From Eubacteriales bacterium (GTDB lineage Bacteria; Bacillota; Clostridia; Christensenellales; Aristaeellaceae): a stretch of 62,071 bases of DNA. Below, in pieces: positions 8,014 through 17,334 of this stretch. Position 1 is the first letter of the stretch. The number at the start of each line of letters is the position of its first letter. A program made the position numbers and the translations under genes. The notes below the pieces were generated by a model. That model searched no databases. It was not told the origin of the DNA and was given only the letters and a program-made list of their open reading frames with translations. The stretch spans positions 1 through 62,071 of the forward strand of contig JAUNLY010000001.1 of NCBI GenBank assembly GCA_030532025.1, given 5' to 3'.

Positions 8014-10791
8014 TTGTCATATAATCAAAATAATCGTCAACCGAGGAATCGCAGGTCGGACAGGCATAAAAGGCCCGACGGGGGCGAGAGAATGCAGGAG
8101 GTGCGCAGGGCTTCCTACAGCGAAGACAATGCGCCACTTCCCTTAAACGACCCTTTTGAAAGGTTCGACAGGCCTACAAGTTACGACGATTACGATAGCT
8201 TCCCACCCGGCACACGCCTTTATACAGAGGACGATTACTACGAAGACGAACCAAGGAACAGATGGATCTTCGTATTAATGGGGATTGTAGGGCTTGCAAT
8301 TATACTTATTGCACTTCTGTATTTTGTTGTGCCTAAGGACTCAAAGGGAATACTCGGCACGGTAAGAAAGCCCGTTGCTGGTGTTGTTGACAGCATTTTA
8401 GGCAAGGAAGAAGAAAAAGCTAAAATAGTCAAGTTTGAAACCGCAGAACCCTACGGACTTACCGGCGGCAAAAACGTATTTACAATAACCACAGACAAAT
8501 CCGTACAAAACGTGCGTATACGCAACGAAAACGGGGATATAATAGCCGGTACCAGCAACGTAATGGATGAAAGCCGCAAGCTCTGGACCTATACTGTCGT
8601 ATTTGAAGACGAGTTTGAAGGTGTTGTCTATGCGGGCGTTTTGGACGGCGAAACATGGATAGCTGACGCTAAGGGCATACAGCTAAACATAACCAAGCCC
8701 ACCGCAGAACCCGTAGTTGTAACGCAACCACCTGTAATAACGCAGGCGCCTGTAATAACTCCACAGCCCATAATAACCGAACAACCGCCCGAAGAAAAAA
8801 ACACACAGTCTGGCGAAACAATAGAACAAACGCCGGCTCCTGCAGTAATAGTAATAGATGCGGACGCGACAAGCATTCCTAAAGCACAGGAAGAAGATAA
8901 GCAGTCGCAGGTTTCTGCGGTAGTCGTATCTACTCAAGCGCCGGAAGATACACAGGACACATTTAACGAAAATGTGTTCTCAGCGTCTGTTATGCCTACG
9001 GCGCAGATAAGCATAGTGCAGGTTGCTCCAGACGATAGCGGCATAAGTATGCCTGAAAGTCAACTTCTATCAACGGAAGAATCGTCAAATGTAGAGCAGG
9101 CGGAGGAACCCGTTGTGGAAACAACAACGCCTTATATAGCAGACACATTTGCAACTCAGACTCCTGTTGTACAGGTAGAGCAAGCGGAAAGCCAAGAAGA
9201 GGCAGCCCCCAAGGCGCAGAATACCGTTTTGTCTACGCCTGCGCCTGTGATGCCGTCTTTCTCTGCTGCCGCTGCGGATTCCACAAAGCCATCAAACAAA
9301 AGCTATAAAGACAGCGTATTTTTAGGCTCCAAGCTCCAGAAGAACTATTCCCGTGCGGACGAGCTTAATATGCCAGCCCCCGACAAATACACCACATACG
9401 CAGGCGGTGTATTCACATTCCGCGGGGATAACTTCAGGCGCAACGCCGCACATGGCGAAGCCAACATACAGCGTAAACAGATGACCGTAATGTGGGAAGC
9501 GGACTTAGGTAGTCTGCGCACAAGCAGCGGTACGCTTTACGGCGTCGGCTGGACGGGCCAACCCGCAATAATAAAATGGTCAAAAGAACTGCGCGAAGCC
9601 ATGAATATCACGGAAGAGAAAAAGGCCGTTTCCCCTCTGCGTGAAGTAATAGTACCCGCACAGGACGGCAATGTTTATTTCTTCGATTTAAACGACGGCG
9701 TTGCAACACGCAAGCCGATAGACGTAGGTTTCCCTCTAAAGAGCAGTGCCGCTATAGACCCGCAGGGTATGCCAGTGCTGGCGTTTGGTCAAGGCGTATC
9801 AAAGCTTACAAACAAAACGGGAGACATAGGCTTTTATGTTTACAACTTACTAAACCAAGAAAAACTGTTGTTCATTAATGGCCGCAAAAACAAAAACCAA
9901 GAGCAGTATGCTACAAACGGTGCCTTTGATGGAACACCATTGTTTGACCGTTCGAGCGACACTATGATTTTGGGTGGCGAAAACGGCCTTCTATATACAG
10001 TTAAAATGAATACTGATTTTGACTTTGCAAACGCGGATGGCATGAAGCTTACTGTTACACCTGATGTGCTTTACCAGCGCAGCAAGGGCAAGCAAGATAA
10101 CCCCAGCCTAAGCATCGAAAGCTCTGTTGCTATGTACGGTAAATACATATTTTCAGCAGACAAGCAAGGATTTGTGCGTTGTATAGATTCCACCACAATG
10201 CAAACCGTATGGCTCTTTGATGCGGGCGATAACACTGATGCCACAGTAGCGCTGGACCTTAACCAAGACGATAGCCTATCGCTATACACAGGCACAACTG
10301 TTTTTAACCGCAGCCGTAAAAAAGGAGAAGCCGTAATAAGAAGCCTTGATGCCTCAAGCGGTGAAGAAAACTGGAAATTTACAGTCGAAGCCAAGTATGA
10401 CAAATCAGAAAGAGCGGGTTGCAAGGCAAGCCCTGTTATAGGCGAAAATATACTGAGCAACTATGTTTACTTTACAGTAAACAGCGTAAAGGAAGGCGGT
10501 TCTCGCCTATACTGCCTAAATAAAAACGACGGCAGTGTCGTATGGCAGTTACCCTTAAAAGAAGAAACAGTGTCTTCGCCCGTCGCCGTATATGCAACGG
10601 ACGGACAAGCATACATAATACAGGCGGATTCCAGTGGTCTTTTGACCATGGTGGACGGCTTAACCGGCCAAACTTTAAGCACGCTTAAGCTTTCCGGTCA
10701 AATAGACGCAAGTCCAGCTGTGTATGACGATATTTTGGTAATAGGCACCTGCTCAAAAGACCCCAAGCTTTACGGCATACGCCTAGACTGA
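8014..10791 (+). CDS. Membrane-anchored protein with P/T/Q/E-rich linker and C-terminal PQQ-like beta-propeller repeats
   Basis: TTG start with an AAAGGAGAA RBS. Arg/Asp/Tyr-rich cytoplasmic head. One TM segment (WIFVLMGIVGLAIILIALLYFVV). A low-complexity linker of roughly 250 aa. The C-terminal ~450 aa carry repeated '...DG.VY..D...G...W' beta-propeller-like units. Confidence 0.7.
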   Translation: MSYNQNNRQPRNRRSDRHKRPDGGERMQEVRRASYSEDNAPLPLNDPFERFDRPTSYDDYDSFPPGTRLYTEDDYYEDEPRNRWIFVLMGIVGLAIILIALLYFVVPKDSKGILGTVRKPVAGVVDSILGKEEEKAKIVKFETAEPYGLTGGKNVFTITTDKSVQNVRIRNENGDIIAGTSNVMDESRKLWTYTVVFEDEFEGVVYAGVLDGETWIADAKGIQLNITKPTAEPVVVTQPPVITQAPVITPQPIITEQPPEEKNTQSGETIEQTPAPAVIVIDADATSIPKAQEEDKQSQVSAVVVSTQAPEDTQDTFNENVFSASVMPTAQISIVQVAPDDSGISMPESQLLSTEESSNVEQAEEPVVETTTPYIADTFATQTPVVQVEQAESQEEAAPKAQNTVLSTPAPVMPSFSAAAADSTKPSNKSYKDSVFLGSKLQKNYSRADELNMPAPDKYTTYAGGVFTFRGDNFRRNAAHGEANIQRKQMTVMWEADLGSLRTSSGTLYGVGWTGQPAIIKWSKELREAMNITEEKKAVSPLREVIVPAQDGNVYFFDLNDGVATRKPIDVGFPLKSSAAIDPQGMPVLAFGQGVSKLTNKTGDIGFYVYNLLNQEKLLFINGRKNKNQEQYATNGAFDGTPLFDRSSDTMILGGENGLLYTVKMNTDFDFANADGMKLTVTPDVLYQRSKGKQDNPSLSIESSVAMYGKYIFSADKQGFVRCIDSTTMQTVWLFDAGDNTDATVALDLNQDDSLSLYTGTTVFNRSRKKGEAVIRSLDASSGEENWKFTVEAKYDKSERAGCKASPVIGENILSNYVYFTVNSVKEGGSRLYCLNKNDGSVVWQLPLKEETVSSPVAVYATDGQAYIIQADSSGLLTMVDGLTGQTLSTLKLSGQIDASPAVYDDILVIGTCSKDPKLYGIRLD
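8710..8784 (+). repeat. In-frame 18-nt tandem repeats (PV(I/V)TQ units) inside the linker
   Basis: cctgtaataacgcaggcg / cctgtaataactccacag / cccataataaccgaacaa, plus a degenerate unit upstream. Together they encode PVVVTQP-PVITQA-PVITPQ-PIITEQ. Confidence 0.6.
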
Positions 10792-10803
10792 GGAGGACAT
10801 CTT

Positions 10804-12303
10804 ATGAACAAACGCTATATAGTGGCGCTCGACCAAGGTACTACTTCTTCAAGGGCGGTGGTTTTCACCCCCGAAGGTAGGGTAATGGCTTCCGCTCAGC
10901 AAGAGTTTAAGCAGCATTATCCAAAGCCCGGCTGGGTTGAGCACGACCCAGAGGATATACTGTTTTCGCAGACGGAATCACTGCGTGCGGCCGTTCGCAA
11001 GGCCGGTATAAGCGCATCTGAAATTGCCGCCATAGGCATCACCAACCAGCGTGAAACCACTCTCGTTTGGGACAGGAAAACAGGCAAATGCGTTTACAAC
11101 GCAATAGTGTGGCAGTGTAGGCGCACAGCAGACCTCGTTGAAAAAATAAAGCAGGCGGGCCATACGGAAACCATACGCAGCAAGACTGGCCTTGTGCCGG
11201 ACGCGTATTTTTCCGCCACAAAGATTCAGTGGATACTTGAACACCTAAACTTACAGGATAGAGCGCAAAATGGCGAACTTTGCTTTGGCACGGTTGACAG
11301 CTTTTTAGCATGGCATTTGGTAAAAAGCCACCCGCATGTGACAGACGCTACAAACGCATCAAGAACCATGCTGTTTAACATAAACACGCAAGCGTGGGAC
11401 GATGAACTCTTGGGGCTTTTTAACATTCCAAAAGCAATACTTCCACAGGTTGTAGACACAAGCCGTGTAATAGGCTTTTTAGATGAAGATATTTTAGGTG
11501 TGCCTATACCGGTTGCAGCGCTTGTTGGCGACCAGCATGCAGCACTTTTTGGCCAAGCCTGCTTTGAAAAGGGCATGGCGAAAAATACCTATGGCACAGG
11601 TTGCTTTATGCTTATGAACATAGGGGAAGAGTTTAGGCTTTCAAACTCAAACCTAATTACAACTACCGCTTGGCGTTTGCAGGGCAAGCCCACATATGCC
11701 TTTGAAGGCAGTATATTCATGGGTGGAGCTACAATACAGTGGCTTAGGGACGAACTTAAATTAATCACAAGTGCCATGGAGAGTGAGGAAGTAGCAAAGT
11801 CCGTCCCAGACAGCGGCGGCGCATACTTAGTACCGGCATTTACGGGACTTGGAGCGCCATACTGGAGCATGTATGCCCGTGGAACGCTTGTCGGTATGAC
11901 ACGTGGCACAAACCGCGCGCATATAGTGCGTGCGGCGCTTGAATCCATAGCCTACCAAAGCCGTGACCTTTTTGATGCAATGGCTAAGGACTCTGGCAAA
12001 ATGCCGGAGAACATGCGCGTTGATGGCGGTGCTAGCGCTAACAAATTCCTTATGCAGTTCCAAAGTGACATCATGGGTGTGCAAATTATAAGGCCCGAAG
12101 TATTAGAAACCACAGCTTTAGGTGCCGCGCTGTTTGCGGGGCTCGCTGTTGGGGTATACGATAATATGCACGACATAAGTCGTGTTTGGAACGCACAGGA
12201 CGAGTTTATCCCATCGATGGCAGAAATAGACCGACAGAAGGCTTTGTCAGGTTGGGATAGGGCTGTTCGTGCGGCACTTTATTGGGCGGAGGAAAAAGAA
12301 TGA
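10804..12303 (+). CDS. glpK: Glycerol kinase
   Basis: 'ALDQGTTSSRAVVF', 'ITNQRETTLVWD' and 'GDQHAALFGQ' FGGY-kinase motifs. 499 aa. GAGGAGG RBS. Confidence 0.97.
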   Translation: MNKRYIVALDQGTTSSRAVVFTPEGRVMASAQQEFKQHYPKPGWVEHDPEDILFSQTESLRAAVRKAGISASEIAAIGITNQRETTLVWDRKTGKCVYNAIVWQCRRTADLVEKIKQAGHTETIRSKTGLVPDAYFSATKIQWILEHLNLQDRAQNGELCFGTVDSFLAWHLVKSHPHVTDATNASRTMLFNINTQAWDDELLGLFNIPKAILPQVVDTSRVIGFLDEDILGVPIPVAALVGDQHAALFGQACFEKGMAKNTYGTGCFMLMNIGEEFRLSNSNLITTTAWRLQGKPTYAFEGSIFMGGATIQWLRDELKLITSAMESEEVAKSVPDSGGAYLVPAFTGLGAPYWSMYARGTLVGMTRGTNRAHIVRAALESIAYQSRDLFDAMAKDSGKMPENMRVDGGASANKFLMQFQSDIMGVQIIRPEVLETTALGAALFAGLAVGVYDNMHDISRVWNAQDEFIPSMAEIDRQKALSGWDRAVRAALYWAEEKE

Positions 12304-12575
12304 TTAGTATTGTACATGAAGACCAAAACAATCGTATCGCAGCTTATGACGGCGAAGAACTCATAGGTGTATGCGAGTACGCACCCAGTGCAAGCCTTTG
12401 GATTGCAAGCCACACCCATGTAGAAGATGGCTATGCCGGTCAAGGCATAGGCGCGCGCATGGTTAAGCTGCTTACCGAAGTTGCAAGGGAGCAAAACAAA
12501 AAAATACTCCCGCTTTGTCCCTATGTGAAACACGTATTTGACAAAACTCCGGAGTATGAAGATTTAAGAGCTTAA
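12300..12575 (+). CDS. Small GNAT-like N-acetyltransferase (YjdJ/Acetyltransf_CG type)
   Basis: 91 aa from the ATG at 12300, which makes an ATGA overlap with the glpK stop. 'GQGIGARMVKLLTEVAREQNKKILPLCPYV' resembles the mini-GNAT family. Confidence 0.65.
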   Translation: MISIVHEDQNNRIAAYDGEELIGVCEYAPSASLWIASHTHVEDGYAGQGIGARMVKLLTEVAREQNKKILPLCPYVKHVFDKTPEYEDLRA

Positions 12576-12589
12576 TATTATTTTGACCT

Positions 12590-12633
12590 ATTAATGCACA
12601 GAGAAATTTTTTCATCTGTGCATTAATTTTTTT
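12590..12633 (+). terminator. Strong intrinsic terminator after the glpK/GNAT operon
   Basis: 13-bp perfect stem ATTAATGCACAGA(12590-12602)/TCTGTGCATTAAT(12615-12627), followed by a T7 run. Confidence 0.8.
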
Positions 12634-12642
12634 AATTAGTAA

Positions 12643-12775
12643 TACTAACACTAATCCCGCACATTAATGCTTTTATAAACTTGTCTTTTTCCGTTTTATA
12701 TTTATCTCCATTATTCGGTTTTGCTAAAACAAAAAAATCCTGTGTTTCTCCTTATATTAACTATTTAGATTGATA
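12643..12775. repeat. MITE-like palindromic intergenic repeat, copy A
   Basis: Shares 'TACTAA..CTAATCCCGCACATTAATGCTTTtATAAACTTGTCTTTTTCC...AAAAAATCCTGtGTTTCTC' with the copies at 52490 and 62021. The right end is degenerate (TTAGATTGATA). Confidence 0.7.
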
Positions 12776-12781
12776 TAAAAA

Positions 12782-12823
12782 AGTGTCCGTTTGAGCTTAA
12801 AGCCAAAACGGACACTCTTTTTT
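12782..12823. terminator. Bidirectional intrinsic terminator (3' end of ftsH)
   Basis: 11-bp stem AGTGTCCGTTT(12782-12792)/AAACGGACACT(12806-12816), flanked by an A-run and a T-run. Confidence 0.75.
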
Positions 12824-12885
12824 ATGTGGTTTTATGCGAATTGTACAATTACACTAATTGAAAGTGTTAAAATGTGAAATTAGCG

Positions 12886-14742
12886 TTACTCCGCCGTTAT
12901 TGCTGCGGGTTTTATTGGGGCGTTTAGGATTTCCATAAATTCTTCGCCTGTAAGAGTTTCTCTTTCGTATAGGTTTTTAGCAAGCTCGTGGAGCTTTGTT
13001 ATGTTTTCTGCAAGTATGTTCTTGGCTTTTAGGTACTGTTCCTCAACAAGGTCAACGGTCATCTTGTCTATTTTGGCGTTTGTCTCTGCAGAGCATGTGG
13101 ATACCATCTGCCCGCCAAGGTAGGGGTTTGAATCCCTTTCAAATGCCACCATGCCAAATTCCTCTGACATACCAAAGCGTGTAATCATGGCTCTTGCTAT
13201 TTGCGTTGCTTTTTCTATATCGTTTGTAGCGCCTGTCGTTATGGATTTAAACACAACTTCTTCCGCGGCGCGACCGCCTGTTATTGTGGCGATTTTGTTT
13301 TCCAAATCCTCCTTGCTCATAAGGAAACGCTCGTCTTCATCAACCTGCATCGTAAAGCCCAAGGCGCCAGATGTACGGGGGATTATTGTGATTTTATGCA
13401 CAGGTGCGGAATCTTTTTGCTTTGCTGCGACCAATGCGTGGCCTATTTCGTGGTAAGCGACTATAAGCTTTTCTTTCTCGTTCAATACGGCGTTTTTCTT
13501 TTCGTAGCCTGCAAGCACGACCTCTATGGATTCTTCTAAATCCCTCTGTGAAACACGTTTCCTGTTATCGCGTACGGCACGCAAAGCTGCCTCGTTTATA
13601 ATGTTTGCAAGGTCTGCACCGCTAGTACCTGCTGCCGCTTTAGCTACATGGTGTAAGTCTATGCCGGGGTCTGTTTTAACCTTTTTAATGTGTACCTTTA
13701 ATATATCCGTCCTACCCTGAAGGTCTGGGAGCTCAACGGGTATTCTACGGTCAAAGCGACCGGGGCGGGTTAAAGCGGGGTCTAATATTTCGGGTCGGTT
13801 GGTTGCAGCTAACAGCACAACGCCCTTCTTGCTGTCAAAGCCGTCCATTTCTGCAAGAAGCTGGTTTAAAGTCTGTTCTCTTTCGTCGTTACCGCCACCT
13901 ATACCTGTGCTTTCGCGCTTTTTACCTATGGTATCTATCTCGTCTATAAATACTATGCAGGGGGCTTTCTCCTCGGCGGTTTTAAATAAATCGCGTATTT
14001 TTGCAGCACCCATGCCGACGAACATTTCAACAAATTCAGAACCAGATATAGAGAAAAATGGCACGCCCGCTTCGCCAGCTATTGCCTTTGCAAGCAGTGT
14101 TTTACCCGTGCCGGGAGGGCCTACAAGCAGTACGCCTTTTGGCATTTGGGCGCCTATTTCCTCGTATTTTTTGGGTGTGTGCAGGAAGTCGACCACCTCT
14201 TTAAGGGCTTCCTTGGCTTCTTCTTGTCCTGCGACGTCTTCAAATGTTATGCCCGTCTTGTTCTGTACATATATGCGGGCGTTTGATTTTCCAAGCTGCA
14301 TAGCGCTCATGCCACCGCCCATGTGCTTTTGTAGCTGGCGGCTAAGCAAGCGCCCTATAAGGAAGAAAAACAGTATGGGCAACACCCAGCTTACAATAAA
14401 TGTGGTAAGCAAGGATGTCTGTTCCTGTATGGGTGCGCTGTAGTTTTCATTGGCGTCTTCGTGCATGGGTATAAGGGCCGGGTCGTTCACCATGCCGGTT
14501 TGGTACAACAGACCCCCCGGGCCTCTGCCGGTTGCGAATACTATTTTGTTTTCGCTCGTGTCTATAAACACCTCCGACACTTGGCGCTCTGCAAGGAAGC
14601 CTTTAAACTGGCTGTAGCTTACCTCTGTCACTTTTTTGCGTGTTGCAGCGGGGATTATAATGGTGTTTATAATCGTCATCACAACAAGAGCTATGAAAAA
14701 ATATTTCATAAGCTTTTTGCTTTGTTCACTTGGTTCGTTCAT
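12886..14742 (-). CDS. ftsH: ATP-dependent zinc metalloprotease FtsH
   Basis: Two N-terminal TM segments. AAA+ Walker A 'GPPGTGKT', Walker B 'IVFIDEID', SRH, and Zn motif 'HEIGHAL'. Confidence 0.97.
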   Translation of the reverse strand: MNEPSEQSKKLMKYFFIALVVMTIINTIIIPAATRKKVTEVSYSQFKGFLAERQVSEVFIDTSENKIVFATGRGPGGLLYQTGMVNDPALIPMHEDANENYSAPIQEQTSLLTTFIVSWVLPILFFFLIGRLLSRQLQKHMGGGMSAMQLGKSNARIYVQNKTGITFEDVAGQEEAKEALKEVVDFLHTPKKYEEIGAQMPKGVLLVGPPGTGKTLLAKAIAGEAGVPFFSISGSEFVEMFVGMGAAKIRDLFKTAEEKAPCIVFIDEIDTIGKKRESTGIGGGNDEREQTLNQLLAEMDGFDSKKGVVLLAATNRPEILDPALTRPGRFDRRIPVELPDLQGRTDILKVHIKKVKTDPGIDLHHVAKAAAGTSGADLANIINEAALRAVRDNRKRVSQRDLEESIEVVLAGYEKKNAVLNEKEKLIVAYHEIGHALVAAKQKDSAPVHKITIIPRTSGALGFTMQVDEDERFLMSKEDLENKIATITGGRAAEEVVFKSITTGATNDIEKATQIARAMITRFGMSEEFGMVAFERDSNPYLGGQMVSTCSAETNAKIDKMTVDLVEEQYLKAKNILAENITKLHELAKNLYERETLTGEEFMEILNAPIKPAAITAE

Positions 14743-14767
14743 TTGATACTCCTTTCGTTTGATAAAC

Positions 14768-16516
14768 TTATCTTATATTTGGTTGCATAAACTCCGTATA
14801 TTTGTACGTAATGCGTGTTACGCGTCCGGATTCTATGTGATAGCTAAGATATACTGTACCCGTGTGCAGGGCGTTGTAGTCTTGGTAGCTGTAGTTTAGG
14901 TGGCCAAATGATGGGTCGTCTGAATCCACTATATATTCGGCGTTGCCTATTCTTTGGTCGTAGTATATGCCACGGTGTCCGGTAGGGCCTGCAGGCTGAC
15001 CCATGTCCCTAAACTGAGAGCTTACATCGCTTACACTTTGCCCTATTGCAGTGCCGCGGGGGCCTTTAATATCGGGGTTTGTGGTATCAAGGTAGTAGAG
15101 CAAATTGCCATTATTACGCAATGTAAAACGCGCCTCGCCCCACGGGTATTTAAGCAGGGTACAGCTGCCGTTTACAAGCTTATCGGTACCTTTAAGTTCT
15201 TTATCCGGTGTGCCAAAACGCTCTATAAATTTGGAATAATCGTACTCCATTATAGGCATGCCGGAAACATTGTCTTTTGCGTTAAAGCGTTTTTTTACAT
15301 TGCCGCCAATCTTATAGCTTACCTGAAGCTCGTTGCTTGACTTGCCGTACTTGTTTACAGTTATCGCACGAAGTATAACGTTGCCGGAGGGTAAAAGTAT
15401 GCCTTCGTCAGTAAACTCAGGGCTGTTTTCAGAAGGTCTTGAGCCGTCCACGGTGTAATATATGCGTACATCAGGGTCGTCGCCTATGTTGCGGAGCTTT
15501 ACCCTGAAAGGCCTTTTGTATTCACCCGGCGCATAGTTGGACTTTGGAGCAACGGGGCGGGGGAGGGATATAGTATACCTTACGGTCATCTCATCTGACA
15601 TAAGGTCGCGCGATACGCATATAGCCCTAAATTGGTAGGCGCCCTCGGTCAATATTATGGGCTCTGTATATAGTATACCCTCTTCGGGGAGAGTTTCATC
15701 ACCCAAGGCGTAATATATGTCATAACCGCCTTCAGAAATAAAAGTAAGCTCCTGCGTAAAGGTGTGTGGGCCTGCCGGAAGGCTTGCAGTAGGGGGTGAT
15801 GGCACTATCTGGCTACGCTCTTTATAGAAAGAATTGTCCTTGGTTTTTTCAAAAGCGGTAAGCATTAAATCTGCCGCCTGCGCTATAAGGTTTTCCGATT
15901 GCAAAATCCTTATATGGTTGCGGTATGCGCTTACCCTCATGCTTTTTACGGTTTCGCCATCACCTTTTATATCCGTATATATAAGACGGTAGGTTTTTTT
16001 TGCGTTCTCTAAATCTCCAGCGGTTTCGTATATTTCTGCAAGAAGGAAGCATTGTTTGTAAATATCGGGAGCATTAGGGTCTATATTATAGGCTTTTTCT
16101 GCAAATTCTATCGCCTTAGGTATAGCGCCTGTGTTTAGGTGCTCTTCTGCAACCGTCCAGTAAGCGGCGGCGTTTGCATCCCTACCGTGGCGTGCTAATA
16201 TAACTTGCCCGTTAGGGGTGAGCTTTAAATATACATATGCGCCTAAAAACGCAAAGAACATAAGCACAAATGATATAGCCGTAACCCATGCCCAGTTTAT
16301 TACATGCTTTTTATAGTAATATTTGTTATTCTTGTTCTTAAGCTTAGTTGAACGCTTTTCGTGCTCCTCGCGGCGCTTGGGGCGGGGGTTTAGGCTTACA
16401 GCGTCAGCCGGAGTAGGCGTTTGCCTTAAATCCCCCATATATGTGCCGCAGTAAGGGCATACACGCGATGCGCTGTCTGAAAGCTTATTGCATTTTGGGC
16501 ATTTAAGCTGGCTCAT
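14768..16516 (-). CDS. Zinc-ribbon / TM / TPR / tandem CHB_HEX_C-like (Fn3-associated) domain protein
   Basis: N-terminal 'CPKC...CPYC' ribbon and a basic stretch. TM segment (WAWVTAISFVLMFFAFLGAYVYL). TPR-like helices. Two 'IYY(A/T)..G..P......YT.PI.L' units typical of chitobiase/hexosaminidase C-terminal-like domains. Confidence 0.6.
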   Translation of the reverse strand: MSQLKCPKCNKLSDSASRVCPYCGTYMGDLRQTPTPADAVSLNPRPKRREEHEKRSTKLKNKNNKYYYKKHVINWAWVTAISFVLMFFAFLGAYVYLKLTPNGQVILARHGRDANAAAYWTVAEEHLNTGAIPKAIEFAEKAYNIDPNAPDIYKQCFLLAEIYETAGDLENAKKTYRLIYTDIKGDGETVKSMRVSAYRNHIRILQSENLIAQAADLMLTAFEKTKDNSFYKERSQIVPSPPTASLPAGPHTFTQELTFISEGGYDIYYALGDETLPEEGILYTEPIILTEGAYQFRAICVSRDLMSDEMTVRYTISLPRPVAPKSNYAPGEYKRPFRVKLRNIGDDPDVRIYYTVDGSRPSENSPEFTDEGILLPSGNVILRAITVNKYGKSSNELQVSYKIGGNVKKRFNAKDNVSGMPIMEYDYSKFIERFGTPDKELKGTDKLVNGSCTLLKYPWGEARFTLRNNGNLLYYLDTTNPDIKGPRGTAIGQSVSDVSSQFRDMGQPAGPTGHRGIYYDQRIGNAEYIVDSDDPSFGHLNYSYQDYNALHTGTVYLSYHIESGRVTRITYKYTEFMQPNIR

Positions 16517-17334
16517 GCTTCGTCCTTGAATATACTGTAAGCGGGGTCGCTTTCGTCAAAGCTGCGCTTAGGCGCTTCACCGCCTAATTCCTCTATGGCG
16601 TTTCTTATTTCTATATAGTCAAGGTAGCCGGTGTTTTCGTCCGCTGCAGCGTCCATAAGCACCGGTAAAGCCCTGTCATCTCCCAAGCGACCTATGTAGG
16701 AGCTTAGCTCCGCGCGGTGCTTTGGCAGACGCTCAAACAGGTCTAAAAGGGCCGAGTAGACTTCTTCGCTTTGCCCTATGCGTGAAAGCAAGCTCAACAA
16801 CGCCTGTTTGCCATCGTCCTGTGCCTTAGGTAGCGCTGTAAGTAACTCGCTTTCTAAGCTTTCTGCAAACTGCTCAAGGCTTTCTAAGGCGTTATCTATA
16901 AGCTCGCGGGCTTCGCCTTTTACTATCCAGTCTATATAGGTTTTAAGAGGTTTATCACTGCCTATTTCACGCAAAAGGGTTACTGCAACCATTCTTTCGT
17001 GCATAGAATGGTCGCTGCTAAGAAGCTTTAAAAGTTGTTCTTCTGTGGCTTTTTCAAGTGATGCTATGCGGCTTAAAAGCATTTCTGGCAGAGGGATATC
17101 TTCCCTTATGTAGTCGGAAATGGTTTTTACAAGCTCCTCAGGGTTAGAAAAACTGTCAAAATATTCGCAGGGCTTTTTATTGTCGATCCAATCTGCGGGT
17201 GTTTCTAAAAACACTTCGTATATATGCCCCATGTCGTTTTCAAACTGGTCAAGGTATTCGTAATCGTCCATGTGGCTGTGCAGATATTCCACCCAAAAAT
17301 CCGCAAAATGCTTGTCAAAGTCTATAAGTTTCAT
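16513..17334 (-). CDS. Acidic cytoplasmic protein, possible HEAT-like repeats (unknown function)
   Basis: 273 aa. 4-nt overlaps with both neighbours. Helical repeats with 'LPVLMDAAADEN...IRNAIEELG'. No enzyme motif recognised. Confidence 0.5.
   Translation of the reverse strand: MKLIDFDKHFADFWVEYLHSHMDDYEYLDQFENDMGHIYEVFLETPADWIDNKKPCEYFDSFSNPEELVKTISDYIREDIPLPEMLLSRIASLEKATEEQLLKLLSSDHSMHERMVAVTLLREIGSDKPLKTYIDWIVKGEARELIDNALESLEQFAESLESELLTALPKAQDDGKQALLSLLSRIGQSEEVYSALLDLFERLPKHRAELSSYIGRLGDDRALPVLMDAAADENTGYLDYIEIRNAIEELGGEAPKRSFDESDPAYSIFKDEA

Noticed and set aside
8628-8937. Three overlapping minus-strand ORFs (67-84 aa) in the 8.6-8.9 kb region.
   Set aside because: They are artefacts of the repetitive Pro/Thr/Gln-coding linker of the 925-aa protein read in antisense.
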